Assembly: GCA_964016885.1 (NCBI GenBank) | Contig: OZ024740.1 | Span: 213,776,001 to 213,840,000 of the forward strand | Source: Eledone cirrhosa | Taxonomy: Eukaryota | DNA: 64,000 nucleotides | Reading direction: 5' to 3' | Shown: piece after piece, positions 50,498 to 64,000 of the stretch | Layout: each line of letters starts with the position of its first letter | Numbering within the stretch: the first letter of the stretch is position 1 | Program-made: the position numbers and the translations under genes | The notes under the pieces: generated by a model | The model's database searches: none | Told to the model about the DNA's origin: nothing | The model's input: the letters and a program-made list of their open reading frames with translations, nothing else

Positions 50498-52092
50498 CAG
50501 TGGCGGACATGGAAGTAAGAACACTTTTTATTTTGCATGTAACTTTTTTGATATTTCGTTTCTGCAACTTTGCAATATACCTAAAGAAAGAGAAATAATT
50601 TCTCTATCGCTATCTCTGTTATTAAGCCAATTAGTCAAATAGGCCAGTTCTTATGACTCGTTAACGCAATTATAGCCACATTTTGGCGGACATGGAAGTA
50701 AGAACACTTTTATTTTATTTCATTTAATGCTCGAATTATGGTCGAAATCAATATTTGGTGGCATATCCTTTCTGTTTGATCACGGCAGTACATCTTCTAG
50801 GCATACTTTCCACTAATTTCATGCATTGGTCCAAACTGAAGTTGTTCCATGTCAGGTTGATGGTGGCCATCAGATCGTGAAAGTTTTTTGGGTTTTGATG
50901 TGGAATTTCGCGCTTTATTAAATGCCACAGGTTTTCTATACAATTTAAGTCTGGCGATTGAGGAGGCCAATCGATGACCTTCCATTTTTTCTCATGAAAA
51001 AATTGCTTAACCGACTTTGTAGAATGACACGGGGCATTGTCTTGCACAAATTGCCAATTTAAAGGCATATTTTCATCAACATAGGGCTCCAAATGGTCTT
51101 CCAGGATCTTGACATAAGTGTTCTGGTTCATACTGCCGGAAATGGGAACAAGGGGACCGGTGCCCATAGCCGAAAATACACCCCAGAACATGATCGATTT
51201 TCCACCATGTTTCACCGTTTTTTGAGAACACCGATCATCGAATTCCTCGTGTGTTCTCCTTCTGACATAAGTCTTGCCATCTGATCCGACCATGGTGAAT
51301 AGACTTTCATCTGAAAATAGGACTTTGCGCCAATCAGCGGGTGTCCATGCGAGATATTTGTATGCGAATGCAAGTCGTTTGCGACGGTTGGCGAGTGAGA
51401 TGAGCGGAACACGTCTGGCGATGCGACCATTGAGTCCGATTTCGCGCAGACGACGACGGACAGTTCTGACTGAGATATCCGAGTTGTGGGAAGTGTTCAC
51501 TTCGGAGCAGATCTCGACAGCAGTCTTTTTTCGGTCATTTTCTGATGACCGGCCAATCGCTCTATCCTGGCGATCGTCCGTTTTTCGACTTGGTCCTGGT
51601 TTTGGCTTCGATTTGTATGATCCTGTACGTTCCCAAGTGCGCCAGGCTTGAATACAAGCAGTGGAGCTGCATGTTGTCATCTTAGAAATCACGCGGAAGG
51701 AAAAATTCAACTTTCTCAACTCGACGATCCGTGCCCGTTTAGTAGGACTCAAATCTCTTTTTCTCCCCATAATAATAAAATGCTGGAAAAAAGAAAAATG
51801 TCATATATAACATCATATTTTATTATACAAATCTAAAATTTGCTAGAGTAGCTATGAAGAAAGTAAACATAGGAAATGCAAAGTGTTCTTACTTCCACGT
51901 CCGCCAAAATCTTGCTATAATTGCGTTAATGAGCCATAAAAACTGGTTCGCTTTACTAATTGGCTTAATAACAGAGATAGCAATAGAGAAATTATTTCTC
52001 CTTCTTTTGGCATATTGCAAAGTTACAGAAACAAAATAACTAAAAAGTTACATGCAAAATAAAAAGTGTTCTTACTTCCATGTCCGCCACTG
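50498..52092 (-). mobile_element. Full-length Tc1 transposon with about 213-bp IR/DR ends and TA target-site duplication
   Basis: TA|CAGTGGCGGACATGGAAGTAAGAACACTTT...AAAGTGTTCTTACTTCCATGTCCGCCACTG|TA. Inner direct repeats at 50685-50710 and 51880-51905. Confidence 0.97.
50748..51770 (-). CDS. Tc1 transposase, intact 340 aa, DD34E
   Basis: Paired-like HTH N-terminus. FSDES, QDNAPCH and SPDLNCIENLW, with 34 residues between the second D and the E. Confidence 0.97.
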   Translation of the reverse strand: MGRKRDLSPTKRARIVELRKLNFSFRVISKMTTCSSTACIQAWRTWERTGSYKSKPKPGPSRKTDDRQDRAIGRSSENDRKKTAVEICSEVNTSHNSDISVRTVRRRLREIGLNGRIARRVPLISLANRRKRLAFAYKYLAWTPADWRKVLFSDESLFTMVGSDGKTYVRRRTHEEFDDRCSQKTVKHGGKSIMFWGVFSAMGTGPLVPISGSMNQNTYVKILEDHLEPYVDENMPLNWQFVQDNAPCHSTKSVKQFFHEKKWKVIDWPPQSPDLNCIENLWHLIKREIPHQNPKNFHDLMATINLTWNNFSLDQCMKLVESMPRRCTAVIKQKGYATKY

Positions 52093-52412
52093 TAGTTAGC
52101 ATTAGACAGAGTATCCAGCTATAGCAATCATGTCAGTAAAGAATGCATTCAAGTTAGACATGGTCTCCTGATGTCCTGATTTATCTAGGAGGACAGTGGC
52201 CCTCATAAAACACTAGGTCTGCAACAACCTCTTCAACCTGTGCCAGCATGGAAAAACAAGACATAAAATGGTGGTGGTGCTGCTGCTGATATATATACCA
52301 AATACATACATGTGTCTATGTATTTGGTATAATGAAATGCAAGCTGTAAAAGCTTGCCAATAAAAATGACATTAGTGTGTGCCAAATGGTGAGGACCTCA
52401 GTGACTGCCAAG

Positions 52413-52719
52413 CAGGGCCAGATTTAATGGGGTACATAGGGGGAAACTGTCCTGGGCCCCCTTCAGTGGGGGGGGGGGGGGGGGGGGCAATTGCCATATC
52501 AATTTATTTGTGCTCCCAGCTGGGCTTTTTAGTTTTAGGAAGGTTAGAATTTTTGAATTTAATACCTGTATGTATAACTTTTCAATTCCAATTACTTACA
52601 CCAAGCTAACTTTATGTAAAATTGGGGAGTTTGCTGTATTGTAATTTTTTGTGTATGAGGCCCCCCCCCCCCCCCCAATCTTAAGTGCCCTGAGCACCCC
52701 AGGCTTAAATCCAACCCTT
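52413..52719. mobile_element. Degenerate hAT-like MITE
   Basis: CAGGGCCAGATTTAA...TTAAATCCAACCCT ends with subterminal GGGCCCC/G-run motifs. TSD not resolved. Confidence 0.5.
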
Positions 52720-54999
52720 CTGGTATGACCATGAGATCTGTCCAAACCATGTCAGCATGGAAAAATAAATATGATGATGATGATTGTTATAGGAAGTAAT
52801 AAAATAAAAATGTTAAAGATTTTTCTGACTAACAGACTTCATTAAGATGGAATGTTAATGTGATGCCTTGTTTTATACAAGATACTTGTCTAAACAAGTT
52901 GTTTCATTAGAATATGGTTTTATAGAAACATTTCTTTCAGAATTCTAATCCAGAAATTTCATTATTAAATAAGCTTAGATGTGATCTCTCAAAAATGTTA
53001 TATATATATATATAGTAGGATCTGTACACTATACCTGCCTTTACTCTGGAATACAACCCACCATGAGACGGACCTTGTAACAGTATCAAGTGCTTAGAAT
53101 GGTGAACTACTTATAACTGTAGTTACACGCTTACCTAACACACACACACATTGTTGCAGACCTATTGTTCCTAGCTATCACTGGTGCTAATTTTCAGCTG
53201 TGTCAACTAGACTAACATGAAATGAAGTGCCTTCTTTAAGGACACTGCACCACTTGGAGACTGAACCCACAAACTTGTGATTATGAGTCCAACACCTCAA
53301 CCACTAGTCCACATGTTTTCACATTCCATTTGTATCATCTCTCTTCTTTATACCTTATAGTTTTTCATCATCTGCCCCTACTAGTTGAACATCCATTTAC
53401 AAATGAAATATGATATCTTTCAGGTTTATATTATTGTAAGTGAAGCATGAAGTTCACTTAAGTACTCTTGTTTGATATAACCTTTTGTAATCACCAGTAA
53501 GTAGTACAAACTGCCTGCTCTTTGTGAAGGTAAATGGTGTTAAGCTAAGAACTGAAATATTTATTAGCCAATAGAAGTATATAATAATGAAAGTATGCTC
53601 CTTTTTATGTCAATTATTTTCTACACTGGCTTCAGTTGGACATAATATTTTGAGGCACTATTTTACAACCAGATGCTCTTCCTTACACTAAACCTTTTAG
53701 TCCCTTTTTACTACACAGGGATATATATGGTGTACCTATTCTAAACTGGATCCACTACACCTTTGGTTGTACACTTAGACAAATTGGCAAAAAAATTGCT
53801 TCTGAGAACAGCCAGTGACCCCGACTGCAATAGCTATTCCACTTCAAGGGACTCCTTGCTCAGACAGGAGGCACTCCTTCTGATTGTGTAGAGAACCTAC
53901 CCCTGATTGTCTAGAGACCCACCCCAACCACATAATACTAAAGAGCAATATCTCCTACCCCTTGCTTGCCTATTGCCACATTTTGTACATCATATGCTTG
54001 CTTATAGCCGGACTGCTAACATTGTGTGTGTGTATATATATATATATATACACATACACACTTTCTAATTATATATAACCTTTCAAAGACTGACACAGGA
54101 TTAAGATTTTGGCGTTATGCAGTAATACAGAAGACCCACCTTCTCATGAGCTCAGACTCAAACATACATCTAGTAAGTACTTCTTAACCACTATACCCCC
54201 GCCCACCCACACTGTGGACAAAATATATCCAGCCCACGTTGTAAAGTGGTCCGTTAGGTGTTATGACAAAAAGCACCTAGTATACACTGTAAAGTGGTAG
54301 TGTAGGTGTCGCAACAAAAAGCACCCAGTATAACCTATAAATTGGTAGTGTAGGTATTACAACAAAAAGCACCCAGCCCACACTGTAAAGTGGTAGTGTA
54401 GGCGACATGACAAAAAACACCCAGTATACCCTGTAAAGTGGTCGTGTAGGTGCCATGACAAAAAGCACCCTCTACAGATTGTAAATGAGGTTGGTTTTAG
54501 GAAGGACATCTAACCAGAAACAGTTCTATATGAGCAAGACATGGTCACCTGACCTAACTTGCCTCTAATGGGACAAACCTGTCTAACTGATGATGATGGT
54601 GATATATATATATCACATTAAAGTGAGAGAGATGTCAGTCATGTTGACCAAACAAGTTTCTGCAATTAAATGAAACTTGTGAGACAATCACTCAGTGAAC
54701 TTTACACTCCACAACAATAAATTCCTATTTCAGTCTTCATGACCAGTCTTCCTTGTTTTCTTCCCTCCTGACCCCCCCCCCCCCCCCGACTCTATCATGC
54801 CCTCCTCCCTCCCTCCCTTCAGTAATTCCCTCCTCCATCCTTCCCAGTCTCTACCATGCCCTCCTCCCTCCCACTCTCTACCATTCCCTGCTAATTATCT
54901 AATCTTACCCCCCCCCCTTCCAAGCTATATTTTTAATGAATTAGTTTTCTTACAGAATATAATTATCTTCTTACTTATACCTCATACATTAATTTAACA

Positions 55000-57900
55000 T
55001 GTTGCTACATACTTGTAGTAGACATGGCTAGTCATCTGACCATGGTGTCATAACTGCTACAGACATGTAGTACACATGGCTAGTCACCTGACTGGGGTCA
55101 TAACTGCTACAGACATGTAGTAGACATGGCTAGTCATCTGACCATGGTGTCATAACTGCTACAGACATGTAGTAGACATGGCTAGTCATCTGACCATGGT
55201 GTCATAACTGCTACAGACATGTAGTAGACATGGCTAGTCACCTGACTATGGGGTCATAACTGCTACAGACAGGTAGTAGACATGGCTAGTCACCTGACTA
55301 TGGGGTCATAACTGCTACAGACAGGTAGTAGACATGGCTAGTCACCTGACTATGGGGACATAACTGCTACAGACATGTAGTAGACATGGCTAGTCATCTG
55401 ACCATGGTGTCATAACTGCTACAGACATGTAGTAGACATGGCTAGTCACCTGACTGGGGTCATAACTGCTACAGACATGTAGTAGACATGGCTAGTCATC
55501 TGACCATGGTGTCATAACTGCTACAGACATGTAGTAGACATGGCTAGTCACCTGACTATGGGGTCATAACTGCTACAGACATGTAGTAGACATGGCTAGT
55601 CACCTGACTATGGGGTCATAACTGCTACAGACATGTAGTAGACATGGCTAGTCACCTGACTATGGGGACATAACTGCTACAGACATGTAGTAGACATGGC
55701 TAGTCACCTGACTATGGGGTCATAACTGCTACAGACAGGTAGTAGACATGGCTAGTCACCTGACTATGGGGACATAACTGCTACAGACATGTAGTAGACA
55801 TGGCTAGTCATCTGACCATGGTGTCATAACTGCTACAGACATGTAGTAGACATGGCTAGTCACCTGACTGGGGTCATAACTGCTACAGACATGTAGTAGA
55901 CATGGCTAGTCACCTGACTATGGGGTCATAACTGCTACAGACATGTAGTAGACATGGCTAGTCACCTGACTATGGGGTCATAACTGCTACAGACATGTAG
56001 TAGACATGGCTAGTCACCTGACTGGGGTCATAACTGCTACAGACATGTAGTAGACATGGCTAGTCACCTGACTATGGGGTCATAACTGCTACAGACATGT
56101 AGTAGACATGGCTAGTCACCTGACTATGGGGTCATAACTGCTACAGACATGTAGTAGACATGGCTAGTCACCTGACTATGGGGTCATAACTGCTACAGAC
56201 ATGTAGTAGACATGGCTAGTCACCTGACTATGGGGACATAACTGCTACAGACATGTAGTAGACATGGCTAGTCACCTGACTATGGGGTCATAACTGCTAC
56301 AGACAGGTAGTAGACATGGCTAGTCACCTGACTATGGGGTCATAACTGCTACAGACAGGTAGTAGACATGGCTAGTCACCTGACTATGGGGACATAACTG
56401 CTACAGACATGTAGTAGACATGGCTAGTCATCTGACCATGGGGTCATAACTGCTACAGACATGTAGTAGACATGGCTAGTCACCTGACTGGGGTCATAAC
56501 TGCTACAGACATGTAGTAGACATGGCTAGTCATCTGACCATGGTGTCATAACTGCTACAGACATGTAGACATGGCTAGTCACCTGACTATGGGATCATAA
56601 GTGCTACAGACAGGTAGTAGACATGGCTAGTCATCTAACTATGGGGTCATGACTGCTACAGACATGTAGTAGACATGGCTAGTCACCTGACTATGGGGTC
56701 ATAACTGCTACAGACATGTAGTAGACATGGCTAGTCATCTAACTATGGGGTCATGACTGCTACAGACATGTAGTAGACATGGCTAGTCACCTGACTATGG
56801 GGTCATAACTGCTACAGACATGTAGTAGACATGGCTAGTCACCTGACTATGGGGTCATGACTGCTACAGACATGTAGTAGACATGGCTAGTCACCTGACT
56901 ATGGGGACATAACTGCTACAGACATGTAGTAGACATGGCTAGTCACCTGACTATGGGGTCATAACTGCTACAGACATGTAGTAGACATGGCTAGTCACCT
57001 GTCTATGGGGACATAACTGCTACAGACATGTAGTAGACATGGCTAGTCATCTGACTGGGGTCATAACTGCTACAGACATGTAGTAGACATGGCTAGTCAC
57101 CTGACTATGGGGTCATAACTGCTACAGACATGTAGTAGACATGGCTAGTCACCTGACTATGGGGTCATAACTGCTACAGACATGTAGTAGACATGGCTAG
57201 TCACCTGACTATGAGGTGATAACTGCTACAGACATGTAGTAGACATGGCTAGTCACCTGACTATGGGGTCATAACTGCTACAGACAGGTAGTAGACATGG
57301 CTAGTCATCTGACTGGGGTCATAACTGCTACAGACAGGTAGTAGACATGGCTAGTCACCTGACTATGGGGTCATAACTGCTACAGACAGGTAGTAGACAT
57401 GGCTAGTCACCTGACTATGGGGACATAACTGCTACAGACATGTAGTAGACATGGCTAGTCATCTGACTGGGGTCATAACTGCTACAGACATGTAGTAGAC
57501 ATGGCTAGTCATCTGACTGGGGTCATAACTGCTACAGACAGGTAGTAGACATGGCTAGTCACCTGACTATGGGGTCATAACTGCTACAGACATGTAGTAG
57601 ACATGGCTAGTCACCTGACTATGGGGTCATAACTGCTACAGACATGTAGTAGACATGGCTAGTCACCTGACTATGGGGACATAACTGCTACAGACATGTA
57701 GTAGACATGGCTAGTCATCTGACTGGGGTCATAACTGCTACAGACATGTAGTAGACATGGCTAGTCACCTGACTGGGGTCATAACTGCTACAGACATGTA
57801 GTAGACATGGCTAGTCACCTGACTATGGGGTCATAACTGCTACAGACAGGTAGTAGACATGGCTAGTCATCTGACCATGGTGTCACAACTGCTACAGACA

Positions 57901-60002
57901 TGTAGTAGACATGGCTAGTCATCTGACCATGGTGTCACAACTGCTACAGACATGTAGTAGACATGGCTAGTCACCTGACTATGGGGTCATAACTGCTACA
58001 GACAGGTAGTAGACATGGCTAGTCACCTGACCATGGGGTCATAACTGCTACAGACATGTAGTAGACATGGCTAGTCACCTGACCATGGGGTCATAACTGC
58101 TACAGACATGTAGTAGACATGGCTAGTCATCTGACCATGGTGTCATAACTGCTACAGACATGTAGTAGACATGGCTAGTCACCTGACTATGGGGTCATAA
58201 CTGCTAGACATGTAGTAGACATGGCTAGTCACCTGACTATGGGGTCATAACTGCTACAGACATGTAGTAGACATGGCTAGTCACCTGACTATGGGATCAT
58301 AACTGCTACAGACATGTAGTAGACATGGCTAGTCACCTGACTATGGGGTCATAACTGCTACAGACAGGTAGTAGACATGGCTAGTCACCTGACTATGGGG
58401 TCATAACTGCTACAGACATGTAGTATACATGGCTAGTCACCTGACTATGGGGTCATAACTGCTACAGACATGTAGTAGACATGGCTAGTCACCTGACTAT
58501 GGGGTCATAACTGCTACAGACATGTAGACATGACTAGTCACCTGACTATGGGATCATAACTGCTACAGACATGTAGACATGACTAGTCACCTGACTATGG
58601 GATCATAACTGCTACAGACATGTAGTAGACATGGCTAGTCACCTGACTATGGGGTCATAACTGCTACAGACATGTAGTAGACATGGCTAGTCACCTGACT
58701 ATGGGGACATAACTGCCACAGACATGTAGTAGACATGGCTAGTCACCTGACTATGGGGTCATAACTGCTACAGACATGTAGTAGACATGGCTAGTCACCT
58801 GACTATGGGGTCATAACTGCTACAGACAGGTAGTAGACAAGGCTAGTCACCTGACTATGGGGTCATAACTGCTACAGACATGTAGTAGACATGGCTAGTC
58901 ATCTAACTATGGGGTCATGACTGCTACAGACATGTAGTAGACATGGCTAGTCACCTGACTATGGGGACATAACTGCTACAGACATGTAGTAGACATGGCT
59001 AGTCACCTGACTATGGGGTCATAACTGCTACAGACATGTAGTATACATGGCTAGTCACCTGACTATGGGGTCATAACTGCTACAGACATGTAGTAGACAT
59101 GGCTAGTCACCTGACTATGGGGTCATAACTGCTACAGACATGTAGACATGACTAGTCACCTGACTATGGGATCATAACTGCTACAGACATGTAGTAGACA
59201 TGGCTAGTCACCTGACTATGGGGTCATAACTGCTACAGACATGTAGTAGACATGGCTAGTCACCTGACTGGGGTCATAACTGCTACAGACATGTAGTAGA
59301 CATGGCTAGTCATCTGACTGGGGTCATAACTGCTACAGACATGTAGTAGACATGGCTAGTCACCTGACTGGGGTCATAACTGCTACAGACATGTAGTAGA
59401 CATGGCTAGTCACCTGACTATGGGGTCATAACTGCTACAGACAGGTAGTAGACATGGCTAGTCATCTGACCATGGTGTCATAACTGCTACAGACATGTAG
59501 TAGACATGGCTAGTCACCTGACTATGGGGTCATAACTGCTACAGACATGTAGTAGACATGGCTAGTCACCTGACTATGGGGTCATAACTGCTACAGACAT
59601 GTAGTAGACATGGCTAGTCACCTGACTATGGGGTCATAACTGCTAGACAGGTAGTAGACATGGCTAGTCACCTGACTATGGGGTCATAACTGCTACAGAC
59701 ATGTAGTAGACATGGCTAGTCACCTGACTATGGGGTCATAACTGCTACAGACAGGTAGTAGACATGGCTAGTCACCTGACTATGGTGTCATAACTGCTAC
59801 AGGCATGTAGTAGACATGGCTAGTCACCTGACTATGGGGTCATAACTGCTACAGACAGGTAGTAGACATGGCTAGTCACCTGACTATGGGGTCATAACTG
59901 CTACAGACAGGTAGTAGACATGGCTAGTCACCTGACTATGGGGTCATAACTGCTACAGACATGTAGTAGACATGGCTAGTCACCTGACCATGGGGTCATA
60001 AT
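55000..60002. repeat. 5-kb satellite with a 52-bp unit (49-bp variants), roughly 97 copies
   Basis: AGACATGTAGTAGACATGGCTAGTCACCTGACTATGGGGTCATAACTGCTAC repeated. Confidence 0.98.
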
Positions 60003-60130
60003 TGTATTGGAGGACGATTGTGACCATATTCTAATTACAGTTGTATGATGATGATGTTTGTTATGACAAAGATAATAATTATTCAGTATAAAAATGTGTA
60101 CACACCCCCACTCCACACACACACATATAT

Positions 60131-60215
<85 letters not shown>

Positions 60216-60699
60216 TAATATATGATAAACATTTACATGTTTTTGTTGCAATTGACAATAAAGTAGCTAGAATGAAATATCTTAATTCAAATACATATAG
60301 TCTGCCTGTGTCGATCTAAAAAATAATAAATCAATACTCACAAACACATATGGGCAAAAGGCCTTGGTACCTAGACACGTTTAAATTTCAAAATACAAAC
60401 TTTTTCCGCAGATCAGTCCGAACTTCAAAATTTAAACATGTTTCACAAAGGATGGTATAATAGTGAAATAATTAATTAATTAGCAGTGAGTTAATTAATT
60501 TTCTGTGTTTATCAATAGGTACCCAGATAAATTAAGTAACTTCACCTCGGAAAAATATCTAAGGTCTGGTTAACGTAGCGAAAATACACAAGGTTTTGCA
60601 CACGACTTATTCCAATCCTCTAGCCTCGCACACTCATAGTGCTAGAAATAACAGCCGTTTATATGGGATTACAAATTCAGCTCAACTGAGGGAGCAGTA

Positions 60700-60875
60700 A
60701 TATAATATAACTTAGAGTTTACACTCAATGGGGTCATTTACAATTATTTTAGCTCTAAGAATCACTTCTGTGTAAATGTTTATCATATATTAATTTATAC
60801 TGCTCAGAAGTGATTCTTAGAGCTAAAATAATTGTAAATGACCCCATTGAGTGTAAACTCTAAGTTATATTATAT
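60700..60875. repeat. Perfect 71-bp inverted repeat with a 34-bp spacer
   Basis: 60700-60770 is the reverse complement of 60805-60875. Confidence 0.92.
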
Positions 60876-61258
60876 ATATATATATATAAAATCGTTTCTA
60901 CTTTTGGCACAAGGCCAGCAATTACCCAGTACATTACTGGTACTTTATTTTATTGACTCCGTAAGGTTGAAAGGCAAATTTAACCTCGGCTGGGTTTGAA
61001 CTCCGATCATAAAGGGCCGTAACTCTATGCTGCAAAGCTTGGCATTCGACTCTCTAGGATATATGTATCGTAGGAGAGGAGAGAGAGAGATACAGAGAGG
61101 TGTGATACAGATGACTAAATACCGATAGCTGAAGCGAAATGTGCTCAATGCTTGGGTTAGCAGTGTTAAATATTAGAGAGGGGTTAATATTCAGTAGAGT
61201 GATCAAGCAGAGCAGGTATAAGGAAGTGACTCCTTCATTTATTCACTTGCTTATATGT

Positions 61259-61300
<42 letters not shown>

Positions 61301-61496
61301 GTGTAAGCGCCACGGAAAAAAAGCACCCAGCACTCACTGTAAATGAGGTTGGTGTTAAAAAGGGCATCCTGCTGTAGAAATCAAGCCAGAATCAGTTCCC
61401 ATATGAGCAAGGTATGGTCAGCCGACCGGACACTGCCCACAAGAGGACAATGCGTCTAACCCATACTAGCATGGAAGAACGGACGTAAAACGGTGA

Positions 61497-61531
<35 letters not shown>

Positions 61532-61951
61532 GTGAATTTAGCCCGATATACAATAGTTTCAAACTCATTGTACCACAACTGCTCAATGAAAATAGGTGCC
61601 AAAAAAGAGCTTTATTAGAGAGAACTCTTCAGCGATAATATTAGTAAACCAGGCAGAAAAACAGATATAGAAAACATTTTAACAGTTAAGTTACAAGGGT
61701 TTTATATAAAATTATGTTGGAAGATTATAATTTAAATAAGAGCCCGTTAAAATGGGTGGTGGTTTTGTTTCAAAGAACCTCAGCTGGTTTTAGTTGTTGG
61801 TATCAAAACAGTTAGACTTTAAGTACTTTTAAGCTGTTTTACTAGGTGTCCCTGAACAGGAAAACCCAGAATCTATATATATGTATATTAGAGATTTGGG
61901 GTCCGACAGCTGAGATCTTGCCATTTTGCCAGCAAATTATATGTATGTGTA

Positions 61952-61992
<41 letters not shown>

Positions 61993-63931
61993 GGAGGCAC
62001 ATGGCTTAGTGGTTAGAGCATTGGCCTTGCAATCGAAAGGTTGTGAGTTCAATTCTCAGACTGGGTGATGTGTTGTTTCCTTGAGCAAGACACTTTATTT
62101 CACATTGCTTCAGTTTACTCAGCTGTAGAAATGAGAGGGTCCCTATCATTCCACTGCAAAATGGTCGTGGAGGTGCCACGGCAAAAAAGCACCCAGCACT
62201 CACTGTAAATGAGGTTGGTGTTAGGAAGGGCATCCAGCTGTAGAAATCAAGCCAGAATCAGTTTCCGTCCCACCCTTGCAAGCAGGGAAAAAAGCGGACG
62301 TAAAATGAAATGATGATGATGATGATGATGATATGTGTATATTTATTATATCCTCTATTTATTATATATTTATTAAATCCTCTTCGGATTTTAGTCTTCA
62401 CATTTATTATTACAATATATATGTAGGGTGGTGGATTGGCAGTAGAGGGTCAGACGCCATGCTTTGCAGCTTAGAGTTACGGTCCTTTATGATCTGAATT
62501 CAAATCCCGCCGAGGTTAACTTTGCCTTTCATCCTTACGGGGTCGATAAAATAAAGCACTGGGGTTGATTTGATCGACTTTCCCCTCCCCCCCAAAATTG
62601 CTGGCCTTGTGCCTATATAAGAAACCATTATTACTATATATATATATATGTGTATATTTATTATATCCTCTATTTATTATATATTTATTAAATCCTCTTC
62701 GGATTTTAGTCTTCATTTTACGTCCACTTTTCCCTGCTTGCAAGGGTGGGACGGGAACTGATTCTGGCTTGATTTCTACAGCTGGATGCCCTTCCTAACA
62801 CCAACCTCATTTACAGTGAGTGCTGGGTGCTTTTTTGCCGTGGCACCTCCACGACCACTTTGCAGTGGAATGATAGGGACCCTCTCATTTCTACAGCTGA
62901 GTAAACTGGAGCAATGTGAAATAAAGTGCCTTGCTCAAAGAAACAACACATCACCCGGTCTGAGAATTGAACTCACAACCTTTCGATTGCAAGGCTCTAA
63001 CCACTAAGCCATGTGCCTCCATATATGTATATATATATATATATGTATATATGTATTCTCTGCTTCATAGTTTTACAACACTTCCCCATAAATAAAAAAA
63101 AACAAACCAAGAGAACAAGCTCAGTCAGTTTTCTTTTTTGTATGATAGTGAGATCTGTATTTTCAACTTTGAAAGTCACACTTGTCTATAAATAAACCAG
63201 AAACCAGCTTTACTTACCCTCAAACTGTCTTCTATTATTGTTGTAAATCTAAAGATTTGGGTTTGTTTGCAGCTGTAGACTGACTTGTTTGTTCCAAATA
63301 TCACTTATGGGACATGTTTAGGTTTGTCTTTCTATATCTCTATGTGTATGTGCATATGTGTGTGTATGTTTGTATGTTTGTATGTGTGTATATGCATGTA
63401 TACATTTGTGAATGTCTAAATATTGCATATGCAAAGACAGGCACATGCATGTGTTTGTGCATTCACCACAGTATATGTATGTTAGTTAGGTATGTAACAA
63501 CAGTTACAGGCAGTGTGCCACGCACGCACACACGCGCGTGCGTATATTATTTATACAGCAGAAATAACCTTATCCCTTGCCACTGAAAGCTCCTGTATAA
63601 ACCTGAAGGCAATGCAAATGGAGACCCCCTAGGATGGCAATTGTTGTCATGGATCACACTTGAATAAGTTTATGTAGCCTCCTATGTGGTTACATCTCAG
63701 GAGGTTTCATGGCTGTTTTTAACGATAGTGGGGCCCTAGCCCTATCATCTATGTTGGCATTAACACCAAATAAGGGCAACTAGCTTCAAAACTATGCAAA
63801 AAATGGAGAAGACAAATATTGTGTATGTTGCAGCACAAGAAACGTGTATCTGATATTGATATCTGGCTTAATGAGGTATAGTTTCCTGAGGGCCCATGTT
63901 GTGTGTGTTTGTGTTTGAGTACGCATGTGTA

Positions 63932-63972
<41 letters not shown>

Positions 63973-64000
63973 GAAAAGTATAGAAATTGTTGTAGCGAGA

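Noticed and set aside
55000-60002. CRISPR-like appearance of the regular arrays (also 35126-36191 and 48112-49387)
   Set aside because: Units are contiguous with no unique spacers, there are no cas genes, and the context is eukaryotic.
61993-62070. tRNA gene-like A and B boxes (also 5060, 25238 and others)
   Set aside because: No full cloverleaf, and the sequence continues into a SINE body.

Overview
AT-rich, repeat-dense animal genomic DNA, not prokaryotic. The SINE, LINE and MITE repertoire and the (TA)n/(ATG)n tracts look like an octopod cephalopod, which is an inference. Genes reconstructed by hand from splice sites and translation: the last three exons of GDAP1 (+, 1-3116), a single-exon NOC2L (-, 7888-9969), AKTIP/FTS (+, 8 coding exons, 16001-29232, 259 aa), a C8orf82/UPF0598 homolog (-, 3 exons, 32085-37528, 207 aa), and a possible first exon of an unidentified divergent gene (37910-37943). 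Mobile DNA: an intact IR/DR-type DD34E Tc1 transposon (50498-52092), a 5'-inverted (twin-primed) RTE LINE, decayed RTE, CR1-like and CRE fragments, a candidate solo LTR, and many tRNA-SINEs and piggyBac/mariner/pogo/hAT MITEs. There are three large tandem arrays (31/35 bp, 76 bp and 52 bp units). The most interesting non-obvious signal is a minimal type I hammerhead-ribozyme fold with a one-nucleotide core insertion. It lies on the sense strand of the last AKTIP intron (27064-27115) and overlaps a strong cryptic 3' splice site; a degenerate second hammerhead core is split by a MITE. Most short ORFs in the supplied track are repeat or microsatellite artefacts. Nothing here can be called a new system without the checks listed.
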